DNA of 64,000 nucleotides from contig NC_043008.1 of assembly GCF_006345805.1 (NCBI RefSeq), positions 2,604,001 through 2,668,000 of the forward strand, read 5' to 3'. The position numbers and the translations under genes are program-made. Positions within the stretch are counted from its first letter, which is position 1. Each line of letters begins with the position of its first letter. The notes beneath the pieces were generated by a model that worked only from the letters and a program-made list of their open reading frames with translations, had not been told where the DNA came from and ran no database searches. Origin of the DNA: Octopus sinensis. Lineage: Eukaryota. Positions 23,741-40,131 of the stretch are shown piece by piece.

Positions 23741-24087
23741 ATGTCCAGCATGCAACTAAAAGCCATAGAGGTAAAAATTGATGTAGATTTATAATTATAT
23801 ATAAAAATCTATAATTATGATGAAGGGTACGTGGTCAAAATACCAGCATCCTAGAAACAGCAGTCAAAAACACTCCAAACCAACTATTTCACTTTTTACA
23901 CAGGTGAACGCGAGGATATGAGCAAAATAAATTTAGCCTACTTTTAATGGATAACAAAAAATCACATATCGAACGATTTCTGGCTCATTATCAGTGAGAT
24001 TCACCTTACCAGAACATATACGTGAATATATATGCATACTTATACATATACACACACACACATATATATATATACTTACATTGACAC

Positions 24088-24094
<7 letters not shown>

Positions 24095-24161
<67 letters not shown>

Positions 24162-24329
24162 TTATATATATATATGTATACATCACGCCAGTTGTTCATC
24201 CATCTCACCATGTGCTTCTGGATCAAATAATTTCGCAATGATATATAATGATCTATGGTTACTATTTATTATATATTAGTATTGTTATTATCATTATTAT
24301 TGTTATTATTATTACTATTATTATTATTA

Positions 24330-24379
<50 letters not shown>

Positions 24380-24622
24380 TATTATTATTATTATATTATT
24401 ATTATTATTATATTATTATTATTATTGTTACTATTATTATTATTATTATTTTTATTTTTATTATTATCATTAATTCTATGCTTATATATTTGTGTGCGTG
24501 TGTTTGTTCTTAAAGTAGTTTTATAGCATATGTTGAGATGTGCGAATGATTGACGTCACGTATATATCTGTGAATATGCATATGCATGTATACATACATA
24601 CACACACACACATACACACACA

Positions 24623-24673
<51 letters not shown>

Positions 24674-24831
24674 ATCTTTATATATATATATGTATACATC
24701 ACGCCAGTTGTTCATCCATCTCACCATGTGCTTCTGGATCAAATAATTTCGCAATGATATATAATGATCTATGGTTACTATTTATTATATATTAGTATTG
24801 TTATTATCATTATTATTGTTATTATTATTAC

Positions 24832-24917
<86 letters not shown>

Positions 24918-25122
24918 TATTATTATTATTATTATTATTGTTACTATTATTATTATTATTATTATTTTTATTTTTATTATTATCATTAATTCTATGCTTA
25001 TATATTTGTGTGCGTGTGTTTGTTCTTAAAGTAGTTTTATAGCATATGTTGAGATGTGCGAATGATTGACGTCACGTATATATCTGTGAATATGCATATG
25101 CATGTATACATACATACACACA

Positions 25123-25193
<71 letters not shown>
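24095..25193 (+). repeat. 516-bp tandem duplication with breakpoints in (CA)n(TA)n tracts
   Basis: Identical unique sequence at offset 516 (24248/24764, 24540/25056). Confidence 0.92.
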
Positions 25194-25197
<4 letters not shown>

Positions 25198-25444
25198 CGT
25201 TTGTGTGTGTGTGTTCTAATACGATGAATCTTCCTGATGATGTCCTAACATTCATTACAAAGCTTGAATCTCCTTATGCATTAAATCTAGGTTAACTTTA
25301 TTTCGCTCATTTTCTCGCATTTACTTTTGCAAATGAGTTAAATAAGTGTTTTAGTATCTTTTTGAATAATAGTAATAATATTTCTAGCATACTGGTACTC
25401 TTTACCAGTGCCCTTCTTTATGACTATATACTTTTATATTTAAT

Positions 25445-25856
25445 TACTGTCCCAAACTTTGGCATTCAAAGTTACTCCAACCGCAGAACGGGGCGCCGCA
25501 CGTGGTGCCAAGGATTCCAACATCACCATCAAAATACAGGTCCAGATACTGCAACAGCTTGGGTTTCAGAGGTCCACAGCTCTTTAACATCCTCCCTAAA
25601 TGCCTGAGAGACTTACATGGTGTGGATGTGGGTTTCTTTAAAACTAAACTGGATCTCTTCTTGTTGGGAGTCCCAGATGAACCTACCTCACGACAAGAGA
25701 CGCGGATGCGGGCAGCAGCATCGAACTCCCTTGTTGATCAAGTGCCACGTATCAGAGGTGGATTCACAAACTAGTGTAGCTCATTCAGCGGTGGTGCCCC
25801 AGCATGGCCGCGGCCTTCGGACTAAAACATTTTTAAGGATTTAAGGATTTTAAGGA
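25445..25856 (+). mobile_element. 5'-truncated CR1-group LINE 3' fragment with (TTTAAGGA)n-type tail
   Basis: VPRIP...YCNSLGFRGPQLFNILPKCLRDLHGVDVGFFKTKLDLFLLGVPDEP...AAASNSLVDQV, homologous to the C-terminus at 1480-1749; tail 25832-25856. Confidence 0.85.
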
Positions 25857-26697
25857 TATATACATATACATATAAAAATATGTTCAGAGAGAGAGAGAGA
25901 GATGGAGTCACTCAGACAGAGATACAGTTATAAGCATGTGCATGTATATCAGCCTGCGTATCTTCAAGAGGACTCAGTGAAATAATAAATATCTCTATAG
26001 ATTAAATGAATTTGTTTATGTAAACCTCAATGAACTTCTATACATGGAAGCACATGATTGTATACATGTGTGCCTGCCTCTGTGTGTGTGTGTGCGTATG
26101 TGTATGTGTGTCTATGTGTGTGCGTCTATGAGTGGGTGTATTAGTATTATCTCACGGAATTTAAAAGTAGCTGAATGACATTTTTTAAAGCTGACGCAAT
26201 TCTTATTTTTCAAACATAGCAATACAAGAGTGTACAAAGGATATGACAAAATTCAAATTAGATTCTAATGAAGTGGTATATATTCCTCCATTACATTTTT
26301 AGTGCCAAAAACTGCTATTTCAATATCTCATAGAAAATTGATTAAGTAATATTTACTCTGACGATTATTCACCATATTCATTTTCCCGCTAACAACTACA
26401 GGGAAATGGTTGTAACGAAACTATTAGATTTTTAACGCGTTCAATATTTTCTGTTTTATTCTTTAAATTAAAATTGCGTAGGCGTTAAATATATTTTGAA
26501 TAATGTTTAGTGTTTATAACATTAGTGCAATTTATTTCTTGTGTCTCCTTATATACGAGAAAATTTAATGGCATAAATATCTTATTGAACTATCTTGGTT
26601 GGTTTTCATTTGTAATATCCATTATGTATTAACTGTACTTTTAATGTTCCTGAGAGATTTCCTCCACATCAAGAGAGTTTTATTTATAATAGTGCAG

Positions 26698-26743
<46 letters not shown>

Positions 26744-27603
26744 TTGATACGTGTGGATTCTATATATATATATATCTATATATACAGTGTGACATCCTTT
26801 TATACTAATGTTTTTTTATTCTGATATGTCTGATGCTACTGTAATATCACAGCGAAATGCCTGGGTAGTTGTAAGAACTGCGTGAAATATATATATATAG
26901 ACTCCACGTTTAAAGTATTTAGAAATGAACACTTATGAACATACACACACGCACATGGACATATACACATATGCATACACCCTCCCCCCATATATATATA
27001 TATATATATCAGACAAGAAATATTCTTGCCTCTTTGTATTATGGAGACAAAAAAGAAGTGGGCAAATGAAATTGAGACAGAGACAAAAAACATTGATTAG
27101 CGAACAAACATCAAATTCGGGTCAACGACTTCATACAAAACGACGCTTCCATACATTTCCTCATATATAAACATTACTTTGGCCTTCAACATATCAAAGG
27201 AATATATGTATAAAAGCACAGAATGGAAAGAATATAGAAGCACAAAAAAATGCAAAATAAACAGTAGGGTCTGTCCAGAAAATGTAACTACAAATCGAGT
27301 AAAATATGTAATCAAAACGAATTATTAAAATGTATCAAACGACTAAGATAGTACAAAATGTCAGTCGACTAAGAGTTTTACTCCCCAAAATAAAAACATA
27401 TCAAAATAGTTCGTTTCTCAAAAACCATGGTAGATTCACATCCAAGGAGCGTAGCGGAGTTCCTCAAAACCAGGTCAGAACACATCTATGGTAATTTCGA
27501 GAGTTCACTGACCGATTGCGAGTTAAAGAGCATCTCGGCAATGACATCCTTATGAGGATGAGCAGGAATTTCACAATCAAGTCCTTCATATATATATATA
27601 TAT

Positions 27604-27639
<36 letters not shown>

Positions 27640-28659
27640 GTATGTATGTACGTGTATATATATATGTATATATGTAAATACACCTATCCTAAGAATCCAG
27701 CCAATTTGCTACCTCTTTTTTTATCCAGATACTGAACTGCAGTCCGTGAAATGGCTACACACTGTCCTTCTTTTTCTGTGAATAGCAATTCATGAATATT
27801 AAATTTCTCTGATTCATTATATAGCTCACTTAGTACAGATTATTGTTGTTAAAATCGATGTAAACGTCAAATAACGAAGTTCATAAAATTGAGTATTCCC
27901 TCTTTTCTAATCGAATGGCAAAACAGCAGCTTGTGGTTATTTGTTTTGTTTACTGTTGTTGCTGAAAATTTAATGAAATATGGACTATAGGTTATTTTGA
28001 AATTTACATAACGTGTGACGTTCAGCACTTTCCGCCCACCGCATTCCATTTTCCTTCTGCCCGATGCCTGAAAACCACTATTCAACTATTAGATAATCAA
28101 GCTTGCTACATTTAAACAATTCTTCTATAAAAATTAAGCAAATGAAATATGTAAGCTGTCCATTCGTTGACAGATTCTTTACAGATAAGCAATGTATACC
28201 TTCAGGTATCAATTAAAAATGATGTTCAACAGTATCACACTTCTTGATAAATAAAATTCTAAAATTCTTATCTCACAATTTCTCTTCCTAACACGATATC
28301 GGTGTCATTCGATACATTTCCTCCGAGGCAACCTTAAATTTCAGGTTCATACTTTGATCTTATCGCATAATTCTACAATGAAAATTACATAATATCACGA
28401 TATCCAACACTCGTCATTGTAGATATTTGCTTTAATTAGAATAATTCTCACTCATTCTTTTATTTTATATATAATCCATGTTCATGAACAATAACGAAGT
28501 TAGTTATAAGATCCCAACGGGGCAATGTTTCTCCCTCAATTTACCTCCGATGGTGAGGTTGGGGAGGAGAGGATACATGAATACGAATAACGAAATAATT
28601 ACAAAGAGCTTTTCTTAGGTTTTCTATCTACCCATCTATCTATTTATCTATCTATAGAT

Positions 28660-29650
<991 letters not shown>

Positions 29651-30974
29651 GTGATTCGCTCTCTCCTTCAGGTATCATTGTTTAGTTCTAATGGATTGAT
29701 TGAACTACTTGCATAATCACAGACTGACGCTTGTAATTCACATGTGCCTATCAATGTATTTATCTCATTCTGTCTGCATACACACGCGCGCGCACGCATA
29801 CTTAGTTATAGTGTGTGCGTGTGTCTATATCTGCATATGCTCGTAGAGATACTTGTTTGTATAGTCATGCATGAATATATGCATGTATCTATATATGTGT
29901 GTGTATATTTGTGTGAACGCGCATGACATAGTGGTTAGACCATTGGACTCACAAATTTCATCCATGACATTTCATGAGCGCAAACGTTGCAGAGGCTTAT
30001 TTCAGTGAAATTACTTGCTCCTATGCGATAAACTGTTTGAAACATAGTCTCATATAACTCACCTTATAGTGTTGCAAACATTCCAAGCAGTTTATCGGAT
30101 TTATGGTAACAGCCTCGGATACTTTAAAAAGTCACTGATATAGATTTTGTGATTCGATGTATTGTAAAACGGTTTCCTAACTGAAAACGTCCTTGCTAAT
30201 ATCAGCAAATTAGTGCAACCTTTAGCAAACATTGATAAGCTTTACTGGTAACAATCCATGAACTTTAACTTCAAAACCATTCGTTTCATTTTACGAAATG
30301 ATACTCTAAATATTTTTAGTCACAATTTATATCTTAAATCTTTCTGTTAAAAAAAAACCTGGCAACTATTCGTTACATCGGCAACAAAAAGTATTCCTCG
30401 CAATTTATATAAACTCTTCTCAAATAAAGTAATGGAATCAGAAAGGGCATTGCTGTCTATCGAATATCACTGACCAATATATTTGACTGCCATTTTAACA
30501 ATGTGAATCTAACTTCTCTCAGCTAGAAATAATGTTTTTTTATGTAATTACATTAAATTAAAAGCATAGTTTCCCATTCAGAATTATGTTATTTGGTCAG
30601 AATAATCCTGTCATACATTTGTTTTGTATTCAAGCAAGTCAACAAAGAACAAACGTGAAAGAACAAACAAAGACGGGAAAAAAATCTAAGCTTTGTGATA
30701 TTAAAATTAACTGAAACTATTACAGCTGGGGAAAAGTGATTTTTAGAATGGAAATTCTAAACAGTTTTCCTTTTATTTTCATTTAGATTCGAGGGAACAG
30801 GATTTTGTTGTCATTTTCAATAAACAATAAATTTCAATTAAAAGAAAAATATTAAAGAAAAAGCAGAGAGCCAATTAAAAATTGTAGGGAAGTAGCACCT
30901 CCTGTGTAAAACAAAACAAGAAATATAATACATCTTGGAAAATGTTGCAATTTTTTTAAAATTTAATGTTCATA

Positions 30975-31015
30975 TAATAATAATAATGATAATAATAATA
31001 ATAATAATAATAATG

Positions 31016-31070
<55 letters not shown>

Positions 31071-31095
31071 CAATAACAATAACAACAACAACAAC

Positions 31096-31169
<74 letters not shown>

Positions 31170-31170
31170 T
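30975..31170. repeat. (TAA)n/(CAA)n then (TTA)n microsatellite
   Basis: Directly visible. Confidence 0.95.
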
Positions 31171-32262
31171 AATTTTTACTATTACTTTTTGCTTTGAGCT
31201 GCTGTCAAAGCAAAATTATATCCTTCCATGGATTAAATTACACAGCGTGATGTAATATGAAAGCAGCACACCATGAAATATCTGCAGAAGACTCCATTTG
31301 TGAAATTTGTCAAGAAATCCTTTATACTACTGAAATTGAAATAGAAAAAAAAACAAGATGAAAACACCTAATACAAAGACACAGAAAAAGTGGTTAGAAT
31401 ATTATAAAGAGAATTTTAAGCATGTGTTTCGAAAGCATGACAATTATTATTTTTGTTATTATAAATTTTATTACTGTTAATATATCATCATCACGATAAT
31501 AATAATGTTGCCCATGCTTTAGCGTTATTCTGATTGATATTGATTTTAATATGATTTTATTAGCGTTACCATCGTTATCATCATCATTATCCAAAATATT
31601 ACCCTTATCCGCCGCAAAACTTTTCTATTTTTATTACTAGTTGTTGTTAAGAGTATTCTACTCAGACTGAACAACCCAATTTTATAAATTACGTTATTGC
31701 CACTCATTTCCTGTCATGTCACTTCATTTCATCTGTCTGGTACATTTGAAGCAAAAATAAAATCGAAAGTTATAAAAAAAATGTTTAAATGTATTACAAA
31801 TACAATTGCATCAATTTCAAATCTCGTGATTCGCTAACAAGATCATGCATCATTTGAAAATCTATTTCATGTCTGTCTGAGATGTATGTGAATCTGCAAA
31901 GTATGTATGACTCTCTCTCTCTCTTACTCCGACACCTATTATGATATATCTCAATAAGCCTCAAGAACTAATGCCAACATTTTCTCTTAACCTGTAGTAT
32001 ACTCAGAACAAATTTTCTACCAGGCAACGACTTACTGGTTTTCTTGCCAGACCAACTTTTTTTCCTCTTTCTCACTCGACTAATTCTTTCTCTACAAATG
32101 CAGTTGCTAAGTACAAACTTAACAATAATACCTATCACTTAACAATTTCAGAGCAGGATTCTCCTGCCGAGTGCAGCAATGTTAGTGTGTATATATAGCT
32201 GTGCAAATGTGCGTGTGTTACGCGTGTGTTACATATATTGTATATATGTACATGTATGCATG

Positions 32263-32293
<31 letters not shown>

Positions 32294-33944
32294 GTAAGTA
32301 AGTATATATGTATGTATGTATGTATGTGTGTATGTATAGATATGTACATGCACGGGTATATTCTAATATTGCGTTCTGACAGAAAATAGAGTAGAACATA
32401 ACAATGGATCAAATAGATAAACAGTTAGTTATGGATCATACTTGCACGTACATCTTCAAAATGCTTAACCGGGAAAATTTTTCGTGGGTTCTTAATTACT
32501 TTTATTTACGCATATATTATTTTAATTTGTGTCCTCTGTCAGAGTAAAACATTATTTTTGTATCTAACTGTATAACTATATTGGAGTTTTTAATACAGAA
32601 ACAAATATGCTTTCTTCATAGAATCCTGAATGCCATGAATGTGATAACCATTTGCAAAACTTTGTTTGTAAGTGTGCATTTTTCTTTTCTTTTCTTTTTT
32701 CATGAGTGTGAAGATTTTTTTTTTTCTAAGATTTGTCCCCATTCTGAGAATCAAAGCAATTCCGAAAATGTTCAGGACTTTCTTCGAAAGCGAAAATAGG
32801 GGGGTCACGCTGTGTTCTCGACCAAATTCTCAAATCAAATATACGCAAGATTGTCTGGGTTAGTCTGATGCAGATTTTGTTCTCTTTGAAATACAACTTA
32901 AACCTAATGAATGTTATATTTTAACTTGCAAAGAAATTTGCGTGGTTATCTTTGTTTTGAAACAAATATTCTTTGTTTATCGATGATTTGATATGTTTCC
33001 GCACACATACATTGTGCGTTGTATTCATGTATCAATCGAAAGATTATATGAAATTTCTAAATCTTCTTATAATCTGTCGGACCACAGTGCAGTTTTCAAC
33101 AAGTTGCTCGATACAATTCAAGAAAATTACATTAGTTTACGACAATCATTAGGAAAAATGCTTAAAATATACAATTCAATGTAAACATATGTAAAAGCCT
33201 TAAGCACTCGGCCTGTAGGGGAATCTTCTTAACTTACAGCATATTTCAGCATTTCTCTAGATCCAAAGATTGTTATACTTCTAGCAAGATAACAAATGAA
33301 TAATTCAACATAGCGAAGCAGACACACAGAGAAAGAAAGAAAAAGAGGAAGGATATCGGAAGGAAGAAAGTGAAAGACAGAGAGAGATTTGTTTACATCA
33401 AAAAGTTGTTGGTAATTTTTTTCTAGAATTTGAAATGATAAAACCTAAGTTTATCTCCATGGCATAAGCTGTGCGCAAAGGTAATCAATCGTACACATCA
33501 ACTTTTGGACTAATTCGCTATCAGTATCAGTTTGATGCATTTGGAGGTGGGGATGTTGCGCACCGTCAAACGAATGAAGACAAACGATAAAACACATCAC
33601 CGTGGGATACATTTTATATATTATTTGAACTTCCTTAAAAATATTTGAATAAGTGATAGTGATATCGTTTTCTTTTATTGCCGGGTAGCTATCATTCAAT
33701 GGTATTCGTAAAAGGTGTCTAATAACTTTTTAATGACTGTGTAGCAAAGGGAAAACGAAAAAAAAGAGAAAAAATAAATGTCAGACGTTCTTTGGGATTG
33801 GTAAGGTGAATGGATTTGAATATCTGTCACTGAATCGCTTTTAAATGAATTGAAAGCGAGCTTAGCAATTAAGCGAAAAAATAATCAAGCACAAATTTTA
33901 GACATGGTGCAAGACATTTTAAGATACATCATCATCATCATAAT

Positions 33945-33963
33945 CAGAAGCATTATCATCATA

Positions 33964-33994
<31 letters not shown>

Positions 33995-34038
33995 ATAATA
34001 ACTATAGTATTATTATTATTATTAATAATAATAACTAT

Positions 34039-34116
<78 letters not shown>
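33945..34116. repeat. (ATT)n/(ATC)n microsatellite
   Basis: Directly visible. Confidence 0.95.
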
Positions 34117-35639
34117 GTGTTTTTATTTCCGATAAGGATACTATGTCCATGACAAATTTATTTGGCTGTAATTATCATCTTGCTTAAATTTTTGAATCTT
34201 AGGATTTTAAAATTTTAACACGAGCGAAATTCATTGATTTTTTTAGTCATTTTTGTGTTGTGTAGTTTATTTGCAGTGTTATTTAGAGACAAGTTGGCGC
34301 TGATCAAGCAGAAGTATGATCAAAGCGCTGAGATATTGATTTCACTGTTATTCATTTTCCTTACTTTTGCGGAGGGGTGGGACTGTTCCATTTAAGGAAA
34401 CCTTCGCCGAAATCCGGATTTTAGAGTTTATGATAGGTTGAATGTTCGAAATGGGTCTTGTTCTTGGGAGATTGATACTTTGTTAATCAGTTTCCTTCAT
34501 AACATGATATATTCTGTTACCTTGCACATTTGGAAAGCGTTCCATCCTTGAACAGTCATCATTTGTATATATGTAAAATGACATTACTCAATGAGACCAC
34601 ACAAGCAAATGGTCCCTTGGCACCAGATGCTCTTTCCCTCAAGGGGTATGACTGCTTAGGGGTCCTTTCTTAGCATTTTCTTCCACATAATATATGTCAT
34701 TTAAATTCTTCATATTTCATCTTCATGCCGGGTATTTATTTGTTATAGCTCACACGAACACATTTCAACAATTTCGGTAATTGTATTAAAAAGCAGAAAA
34801 TCCATTTCAAATTAAGTTTTCCATCGAACGACAGTGAAATTCTTGGGAGCTGTGTTAATATCACCCAGAAAAGCTTGAAATAATAAATGCTCGAATAAAT
34901 ATGACAAGCTTATGAATTTATATTTCGTAGGAAAACGAAACCCGTTACAACGGTGTTAGCGTTATTAAAGGAGTGTTGGAAATAATGGTTGTGGAACAGT
35001 GTATCTTTGCGGCATGGTGGCAGTGAATTAGGTGGTATTATTTCACGCAGACTGCGATTCTTGTAGGATAGGTCTGAGGAGTCTCCCTGATGTGGAAGCT
35101 GTAATTCATATATCAGAACTAAAATAGTTTTTGAATCTTGAGTGGAAAATTGCATTTTGTGATTTTGTGATTCTGCCAAAGCAAAATTGATAATGTGATG
35201 CCTACAATGTCTGTTGTATCATCCATTTATAATAATCATCCGTGCTGTATAATACATATCACTCTGTCGTTTCTCATAGACTGAGAAATCGACTAAAAGC
35301 ACATCGTTTGTTAGCATATAATTGTGAGCATAGGGATCTGGAAATAGGAAAATGAATGGAATCAGAAAACACGCTTGAAGTAATTACAAAAATCGACTCT
35401 AACTATTTAGTAACTGAAATAATTTAAACACTGAAATCTGTGTAAATGTACGAAATGGATGCTTTTAATTTTGCACTTAGTAATCCATTCACGTGAGATT
35501 TGCGAGATCACAAAGTGCAAGCTCTCAAATCTAATTAGGTGCTATAATTTCAATCTTGACTGTTATTAAACCATAATAAATGATAAATATTAAGATTTCT
35601 TTTCTGTTTTTGTTACATTTATGGGAGCGAATATTAATG

Positions 35640-35744
35640 CATACATACACACACACACGTACACACACACACACCCAACCATATATAAATATATACATAT
35701 ATATATATATATACATACATATATATATATATAATATATATATA

Positions 35745-35807
<63 letters not shown>

Positions 35808-35850
35808 TATGCGTTTCATATGTGTGTGTGTACGTGTGTGTATATGTATA
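35640..35850. repeat. Compound (CA)n/(TA)n microsatellite
   Basis: Directly visible. Confidence 0.95.
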
Positions 35851-36519
35851 CATTATATATAATACTATTACTTTTTATTTTATATAGTGAATTCTTCACA
35901 AAATGACCTTTGAAGACTATTCATATATTCAACGTATATAAATGTGTATAATGATTGATTAAAACGTGGACGACTGGACTGTCCCTTTAATATGAATATA
36001 TACATATATATGAATACAGAGAGATAGAGTTTACATAAGTCCTCAGTTAAAGGTACTAATAAATCAATCATCTTTAAGTTGTAATATATTTTATTCCAGT
36101 TCCAATTTGATTTCCTTCTTCCACGACCATCACGACAAGCAAAAATATATCTTACAAGAAAACAAATAATATTACATTACTCTACAATTTTACCGTTTTT
36201 TTTCGACTCTCCGTATATTTATTTATCACAGCTTTATGCTAAAGAATTAACGATCTATCATCAACAATAACAAGAACAATATCTAAACCAATAATTACCA
36301 TACTAAGGATTTAACATAAAATGTAAAACATTAAAACAATACTAAAGGAAAATGTGTCAATGAAATCTAAATTTAATTGTAAATAACAGAAGGTGAAGAG
36401 ACAGTTTAATGTTTTGTCTTTCTTCGTCTGATTGAACAATGAAAGTGAAGCGATGAAAACACATTTTAGTTTTTATCTATGTGTGTGGTTATACGGTTAT
36501 ATGTATTTTCAGTGTATAT

Positions 36520-36593
36520 GAGCATATGCATGTGTGTGTGTTTGTGTGTGTGTGTATGTCTGTGTACTTGTGTGTGCATGCACACACACACAA

Positions 36594-36660
<67 letters not shown>

Positions 36661-37427
36661 GTATTCATATATATTCCAACGCACACAGTCACTAATTCTG
36701 CATTGCCTATTAGTTAGTATCCAAATGATAATATACATATATTTTACATACGTACACATACGCACACATATATACACATATACGCATATATATATGTATC
36801 AATGTATATATATATATATATATATATATCAACATACACATATATATATGTATATATGTGTGTGTATATACATATATGTATATTGTATATATGGAAGTAT
36901 GTATGTATAAATTTACATATGTATTCGGATACGTATACATGCATCAAGATAATCATACATACTTCAGCAAATGTATGTGTCAATATGAATGTAAATATTT
37001 TCTATGCTATGCACAAGGATCAATAAAAGATAAAATAACAGTGTAGAGTATTATTAAAAATTTTGATTAGAAATAATACATGAAATAATGTTCGACAAAC
37101 TAAAGTAGATTTATATATGACATAATGTTGTTTTGCTTTTTGAAAATTATACTTTCTCGCAAAGGCACTTTTACGCTTCTTATGTGTGGCTGTCTGAAAA
37201 TTTATACATAGAGAAATAAATAAATACATATGTGTGGGTGTAATACTGTGTGTATGTAAGTGTCTTTGTGTGTACATTTTCACGTATAAATGCATATGTA
37301 TATATATACACACATATATGTATATATATAAGTGTGTATGTATACTTATATGCGTGTGTGTACATGTATTTATATATATATATACATATGAAGATGTATT
37401 CATGCATATATACATATAAATATATAA

Positions 37428-37465
<38 letters not shown>

Positions 37466-37540
37466 ATGCATATATGTGTTTCTGCTTGTGCGTTTGCATG
37501 TGTGAATGTGTGAGTGAGTGTGTGTGTTTCTCTGTATCCG
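36520..37540. repeat. Dinucleotide low-complexity region
   Basis: Interspersed (TG)n/(CA)n/(TA)n tracts. Confidence 0.85.
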
Positions 37541-38174
37541 TGTGATTGTGTATTCAGTTAAACACATATGTACCGTTACGCAGACACTGTTACACCCGTA
37601 AAAAAATTTATGATTGAAAAACTGATCTACTGTAATATATATTTTTTCTAACGTTCATTGCGACGGAGATGTTTTGATTGATTTATGTATATTGTTTACT
37701 TTCGCTATGTTTTATCAGATGATATATTATTACTTCACTTGTTAAAGAGATCTGGAATTATGCCAAGAGAAAGTCATAATTTTAATAGCTGTGTTTATGA
37801 TCTGATTAGGTGCCTTGGTTTATGGTAGATCAGCTTTAACTAATGAAATGTTATCTAAGACAATGGAATCAGTGCTGTAATAGCATTGTTGTGCAAAGAA
37901 CATATGGGTTTGTCTAGATGCATCTTCACCATTGAACAGATTCATATTTGAAAGCTGCTATATTGTTATTGTAATGCGGGAAATAGCATCTCCTCTACTC
38001 TAATTCATAATCTGTGCTCCTAAATAAGGTAACAATACATTATAAGATATAAACTTTTAGACCCCTGAGAAATGCTTATGATTGGGATGACCTTCATTAT
38101 GCCATTTGCATTTACATGTGGCCACACAGCAGCTGCAATAAGAACATTATCCATTATATTGGTGTTGTTGATAT

Positions 38175-38375
38175 TTATATTACCTGTTAGAATCGTTAGC
38201 ACGCTGCACAAAATGGGTAGCGGCATTTCGCCTCCCCTTATGTTTTGAGTTCAAATTCCGCCGTGGCCAACTTTGTTTTCATTCTTCCAGAGTCGATACC
38301 AGTTGAACTCTTGGGTCGGTGTAATTGACTTACCCCTCTTCTAAAATTGTTGGCTCGGAGCCAAAATTTGAAATA
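38175..38375 (+). mobile_element. SINE family B
   Basis: agaatcgttagcacgc...ggcatttcg...gagttcaaattccgccg...gagtcgataccagttga. Confidence 0.7.
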
Positions 38376-39918
38376 AAAATCTGTATCTTAAGTTTCCATA
38401 TTCGACCACAATCGCGAATAAGCCTCAATAATGTTCAAGTGTTTCCAACCCAGTCATACCATTTTCGCATGGGTCTGGAACCGGGCAGTATAGGAGAAAC
38501 CGATTTTCTTTTTTCCTAAAGACATCGGTCGGGATATTTGATAAGAAATGTGTCTGCTATTTAGATAAGCGCGATTAATAACTTATAGATTTTAAAAAAA
38601 GTTTTCATACTGCTATCATTTCAAGTTTATATGATATCCTCCTAGTAGAGGTTAGGCAAAGGCGCCACATGTGTGCCAATGTCTATCTCCTTGAAAATAC
38701 GCCACTTTTAAATTTTGTTCCCTTGGTTTTTACATAAAAGTCTCTTTTAGAATCATTGATCTCGTTAGACAGTGAAATGGAATGGCATTCAATTTGTTAC
38801 ATCACTACTAATACAAATACCAGCATTCTCAAATTTGTCTTTCGCTCCTACAGTTATGGTAAGTCAAATAATAGTTGACCTAATAGAATTACGAATGATC
38901 CAAGTATAATGTTATGCCTCTCTTAATAAGTGAAGCAATCGTTCATTTCTCTAATTCTCATACCTATTAAGAAGACTGTGAAATAGTAGCTTCATTAGAA
39001 TACGTATCAAACCAACTTACACTATTTTCAATTACACTGTTTTCTATTATGATTTCGAATTAGCCCCTTTCAAATGTTTGCAACTTTTAATATCAAGGAT
39101 TAATAATGTGGCTGTTGACATATCCTGAATTTTTCATAAAAAATAAATCTTAATCGAGGTACGTGTCTATGATAGAAAACGATCGTTGAAATTAGAAGGC
39201 TATTCTTTAACAAAACCTGCAATTTTTAGTTACCTGTCTAACATTTTCATTTGCATTTCTCCTGACTTTCATTTACTTGTCATGCGTCGTATCATTTAAC
39301 AGAAAATTAAACATGGTAATGAAAGTTGAAACTATTTTAAGTATAGAATATTTTCCATATTTATCTGTAAATCTGAGAAAAGTAAAGAACTATTCACCAC
39401 ATAAAACAAAATAAAATGTTAAAATTTATGTATGTTACTTCAAAACAGATGCATAAATGAAGTGAACATGCTGAGAACTACAGGTGTGAAATTACCTAGT
39501 GTATCAACTGATTGATTATTTTCGGGAGTTTATTTCCATCGTAGTATGTTATTTTAAATTGATGCAAGTTTCAAGGTGCAATTAGTCACATAGTTAATAT
39601 CAGATTTCTCACAAATTATTGGAGAACACTTAAAATCAGTTTGCTTAATACTTGAATGACTGTCAAGTATTGTTCAATAGTTTATTCAATCATCAGATGA
39701 GTACTCTCTGAAGAAATGTTAAATATAAGGAAATGATTTTCAAAATAGCTTCAGCTGTGCATTTTATTTTTCAAAATGTATCCTACACCTTATTGTCAAT
39801 AACTTAACAACTAAATTTTGCTGCGCAAGTCAGTGCAATATCAGCCCGATATTCTCCTCTTAAATATTTATAACTATTGAAATCCTATACAGCGGAGTAC
39901 AGAAATATCATAGACAGC

Positions 39919-40070
39919 AGGTGCAGGCATTATTGTAATATAAGGAGCTTCCTTACAAACCACATGATTCCGGGTTCATTCCCACATTGGCCAAGTGACT
40001 CCTATTATAGCCTAGGGTTGACGAAGGACTTGTAAGTGGATTTGCTTGATGAAAACTGAAAGAAGCGCTC
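39919..40070 (+). mobile_element. SINE family A 5' half, degenerate
   Basis: ccacatgattccgggttcattccc...tattatagcctaggg...gtggatttg...gaaaactgaaagaagc. Confidence 0.65.
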
Positions 40071-40071
40071 T

Positions 40072-40131
<60 letters not shown>

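Noticed and set aside
30063-30180. Minus-strand exon with AAG|GTGAGT donor
   Set aside because: All frames from the best acceptor contain stops; the shorter alternative is unsupported.
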